Shown piece by piece: positions 58,026 through 60,274 of a stretch of DNA of 60,274 nucleotides. The notes under the pieces are model-generated. The model was not told the origin of the DNA. It saw nothing but the letters and a program-made list of their open reading frames with translations, and did no database searches. The stretch is from a virus. Lineage: Duplodnaviria; Caudoviricetes. The position numbers were made by a program, and so were the translations under genes. Numbering within the stretch: the first letter of the stretch is position 1; each line of letters begins with the position of its first letter. The stretch covers positions 1 to 60,274 of the IMG/VR virus record IMGVR_UViG_3300027976_000041. One strand, given 5' to 3'.

Positions 58026-58033
58026 TATTTATA
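58026..58033 (-). promoter_or_regulatory. Late promoter TATAAATA upstream of prkA
   Basis: Exact consensus 41 nt upstream of the ATG. Confidence 0.75.
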
Positions 58034-58118
58034 AAATAATCTTAACCAATAATTTTCTGGCACCATTTCATTTGAAGTATGTGATAAATATATTTATCCT
58101 AGTTTATCTTAGATCATT

Positions 58119-58325
58119 TCATATTCCTGATAGAGTCTCCTTGAGTTCCACCGCCTCCGGGTTACAAGAAGGCCAAGTGCAGGAGTGGCTCTGGGAGGTG
58201 TCGAGGGAAGCCCGCAGCGCATCCATCGCCCCATCAATTTCAGCAGGTAGGCAAGGCCCGCCGATACTTGTCTCGTTCAGTTGCTCAAGCCGCAGGAGAG
58301 CTAGCTTTAATACTTCGATGTTCAT
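58119..58325 (-). CDS. Hypothetical mosaic mini-gene
   Basis: AAGGAG SD; CTWP.CNPEA segment shared with the next gene. Confidence 0.55.
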   Translation of the reverse strand: MNIEVLKLALLRLEQLNETSIGGPCLPAEIDGAMDALRASLDTSQSHSCTWPSCNPEAVELKETLSGI

Positions 58326-58783
58326 GGTGTCTCCTTAGTTTGCTGCGCTATGGCAGCGTTTAGCACGATATAGAGATTCCGCATTTCTGTAGGTAGCCCC
58401 CTAGAAGCAACCTCGTCATTCCCATAGTCACACGGGTGCACATCTACATTGTTAAGTGCGAGTCTAACTACTGACTGTGCTGCTGCCCTCAACCCTTCGA
58501 TCTCCTTGGCTTGTGCAGGTGGTGAGGTGTAGAGCGGTCGGTCATCCTCACAAGTCTTGTGCCCCCAGATGCTTCCACCAATGGCTTGCCATGCAACAGG
58601 CTCCTGCTCCCCCGCCTCCGGGTTACAAGCAGGCCAAGTGCAGGGGTATGTGTCGATGGAAGCATCAGCCTTCAACTCCTCGATCTCCTTGGCTTGGCGT
58701 TCTAGTTCTTCAACAGCATCTTTGACGTCACCGTACTCTTCGTATAACGCACCTGCTCGGAGGTGTTCAATTAGTGTGCTAAT
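58322..58783 (-). pseudogene. Hypothetical gene whose start appears mutated (ATG to ATT), or which uses an ATT start
   Basis: Frame is open to AAGGAGACGAA-ATT; EQEPVAW...PLYT.PP motif. Confidence 0.55.
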
Positions 58784-58899
58784 TTCGTCTCCTTTGTTTG
58801 CTGCGCTATGGCAGCGCCGATTGCATCAGCCTTCAACAGCCGTATCTCAGCATGAGCCTTACCCAGCTGTAGGTCAAGCTCTCGTAGTTCTTCAGTCAT
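58771..58899 (-). CDS. Hypothetical 42-aa mini-gene
   Basis: GAGGAG SD; MTEELRELDL...AAIAQQTKETKLAH. Confidence 0.55.
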   Translation of the reverse strand: MTEELRELDLQLGKAHAEIRLLKADAIGAAIAQQTKETKLAH

Positions 58900-58955
58900 T
58901 TCTCCTCGGGGTCTTCTACAGTTCTATGTAAAACTTTTACTATCGTCTCCCACTC

Positions 58956-59237
58956 CTAATGAGTCATGATAGTTCGCAAGGTGCTATACGCCCCATTGCT
59001 TAGTTGCGTGCGCAATACAAATTCATAGTCTAATAACGCGCTGGCTCCGCTACCCAATACGATACAGTGCGTTGCGCCCATAAAGTTTTCTTCGTTTTTC
59101 TCTGTCCTCTCGATAGACTCTGCTGCGGCGGGGCGGATGCCGAGATAGTTGTAGCCGATGCCAACGGTAATTCCCCGCTGGTCGGCTACCCTTTTGTGAA
59201 GAAAACCGCCGTACATTGTTGAGTCAACTTTTGTCAT
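58956..59237 (-). CDS. Hypothetical protein
   Basis: AAGGAG SD; ATGA coupling. Confidence 0.55.
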   Translation of the reverse strand: MTKVDSTMYGGFLHKRVADQRGITVGIGYNYLGIRPAAAESIERTEKNEENFMGATHCIVLGSGASALLDYEFVLRTQLSNGAYSTLRTIMTH

Positions 59238-59407
59238 TTCATCTCCTTCTTTTTCGGTAGTGCTTTTACATCATCAACCCACACTCCGCTGTCGGGCTTG
59301 GCTTTTAACGCCACATCATTTTCCCTGCCGTGGGCAAGATAGAAGCCGTTGCGGTCTGCCATCTCATTGGCAACTTCGTGTTGTCTTACTGTTTGCCATG
59401 CGTTCAT
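59234..59407 (-). CDS. Hypothetical 57-aa protein
   Basis: Manual translation MNAWQTVRQ...KKKEMK; ATGA coupling at both ends. Confidence 0.5.
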   Translation of the reverse strand: MNAWQTVRQHEVANEMADRNGFYLAHGRENDVALKAKPDSGVWVDDVKALPKKKEMK

Positions 59408-59480
59408 TTCGTTCCCCTAAGTTTCTTCCACCAATAAAGAAGGCTCATGCCTTCAAATACGTCTCGCCAGAATTGTTTAG

Positions 59481-59684
59481 TCATTTGTAAAACCCTGTAG
59501 TTTTAAGCCACGCAATAAACGCGGCATAGACTGCCGTAGCCTCGTCGGTATCTTGCTCAATCTTCACGCCGTGGACGTAGAACCCGTCTGGCGATACGCG
59601 GAACATCTCAGCACCGCCCATAGGTGCGTGGAATGTGATTGAGTTTTTTGGCTCGGGTGCTGCTGTAATTTCAGTGTTGTTCAT
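59481..59684 (-). CDS. Hypothetical protein
   Basis: AAGGAG SD; SITFH....EM.R...DGFYV.G motif. Confidence 0.6.
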   Translation of the reverse strand: MNNTEITAAPEPKNSITFHAPMGGAEMFRVSPDGFYVHGVKIEQDTDEATAVYAAFIAWLKTTGFYK

Positions 59685-60109
59685 ATCGATCTCTCCTTTA
59701 TGTGTCGCTCGACGTACTCGGCCTGCATCCAAGCCAAAGCTCCTAGCTGTTGATAAACGTCATCGTGGAAGTCGCACCACGCAGCCATTGCTGCGTCACT
59801 TCCGCTGCCTATGGCAAAAAACTTGTTTCTAAGTTTCATGGGGTATGGACTATTTTCATAGAGCCATACTCCCTCCGGCCCACCGACCAATAATGTCGAT
59901 TTATCTGCCTCGGCAATTTTGGGAAACTTTTCAATGTTAGCCCCCGCCTCTAACCACTTGATCATGGCTTCAGTGGCGCAAACCGTACCAGCACCCCCGA
60001 CAATAGCGTGCCCAACTCGTTGAATTTTCGTACGCTGCGTTTTTGTGTAGTAATACTCACCCTGTCTATCAGAGGCCATTGAGTTGCCATCGAATGCGAT
60101 TACAGTCAT
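59681..60109 (-). CDS. Ntn-hydrolase (HslV/proteasome beta-like) protein with an apparently replaced C-terminus
   Basis: N-terminal Thr (MTVIAFDG...ASD), KI, GGAG, FFAIGSG.D.AMAA. Confidence 0.7.
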   Translation of the reverse strand: MTVIAFDGNSMASDRQGEYYYTKTQRTKIQRVGHAIVGGAGTVCATEAMIKWLEAGANIEKFPKIAEADKSTLLVGGPEGVWLYENSPYPMKLRNKFFAIGSGSDAAMAAWCDFHDDVYQQLGALAWMQAEYVERHIKERSI

Positions 60110-60274
60110 TTCGTCTCCTTCATAGCCGCGTCAATCTCAGCGCAAACTTCGCGCAGTCGGTTTTCTTGAGCATCCCACGCAACAGTCCCCGCAACAGTCC
60201 CCGCAACAGTCCCCGCAACAGTCCCCGCAACAGTCCCCGCAGCAGCCCCCGCAGCAGCCCACGCCGCAGCCCCC
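60106..60274 (-). CDS. 3' end of an Ala-rich repeat protein (AAAW/AGTV...DAQ..RL)
   Basis: Manual translation ...AAAWAAAGAAAGTVAGTV...AWDAQENRLREVCAEIDAAMKETK. Confidence 0.65.
   Translation of the reverse strand, partial: GAAAWAAAGAAAGTVAGTVAGTVAGTVAGTVAWDAQENRLREVCAEIDAAMKETK
60179..60274. repeat. 12-bp coding tandem repeat (gcaacagtcccc x5, then gcagcagccccc variants)
   Basis: Directly visible. Confidence 0.92.

Noticed and set aside
1-60274. tRNA genes or stop-codon recoding
   Set aside because: No cloverleaf recognised by eye (a tRNAscan run would be decisive). Core genes are full length in the standard code.

Overview
This window is 60 kb of a T4-like (T4 superfamily) myophage genome. 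The IscA/ErpA sequences tentatively suggest a proteobacterial, perhaps betaproteobacterial, host. 1-29.5 kb is the late tail fibre/baseplate module (fibres, a split DUF4815-like virion protein, gp8, gp7, gp6, gp25, gp5, gp53, gp48, gp4, gp2, gp54, a displaced gp16, gp26, gp51, gp29-like, PAAR), with TATAAATA late promoters. 29.7-50 kb holds gp32, gp59, gp33, an Rnl2-type RNA ligase and small early genes behind near-identical T4-type early promoters. It also holds a nucleotide-sugar plus glycosyltransferase cluster (probable DNA hypermodification), an NAD-dependent DNA ligase split in two by an antisense GIY-YIG endonuclease, glutaredoxin, nrdB, nrdA and primase. 50-58 kb encodes ClpP, a SleB-type hydrolase and a late-promoter-driven prkA(yeaG)-hydrolase-iscA-erpA-yeaH-spoVR operon. 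58-60 kb is a GC-richer mosaic of mini-genes. All calls come from motif recognition only; no searches were run.
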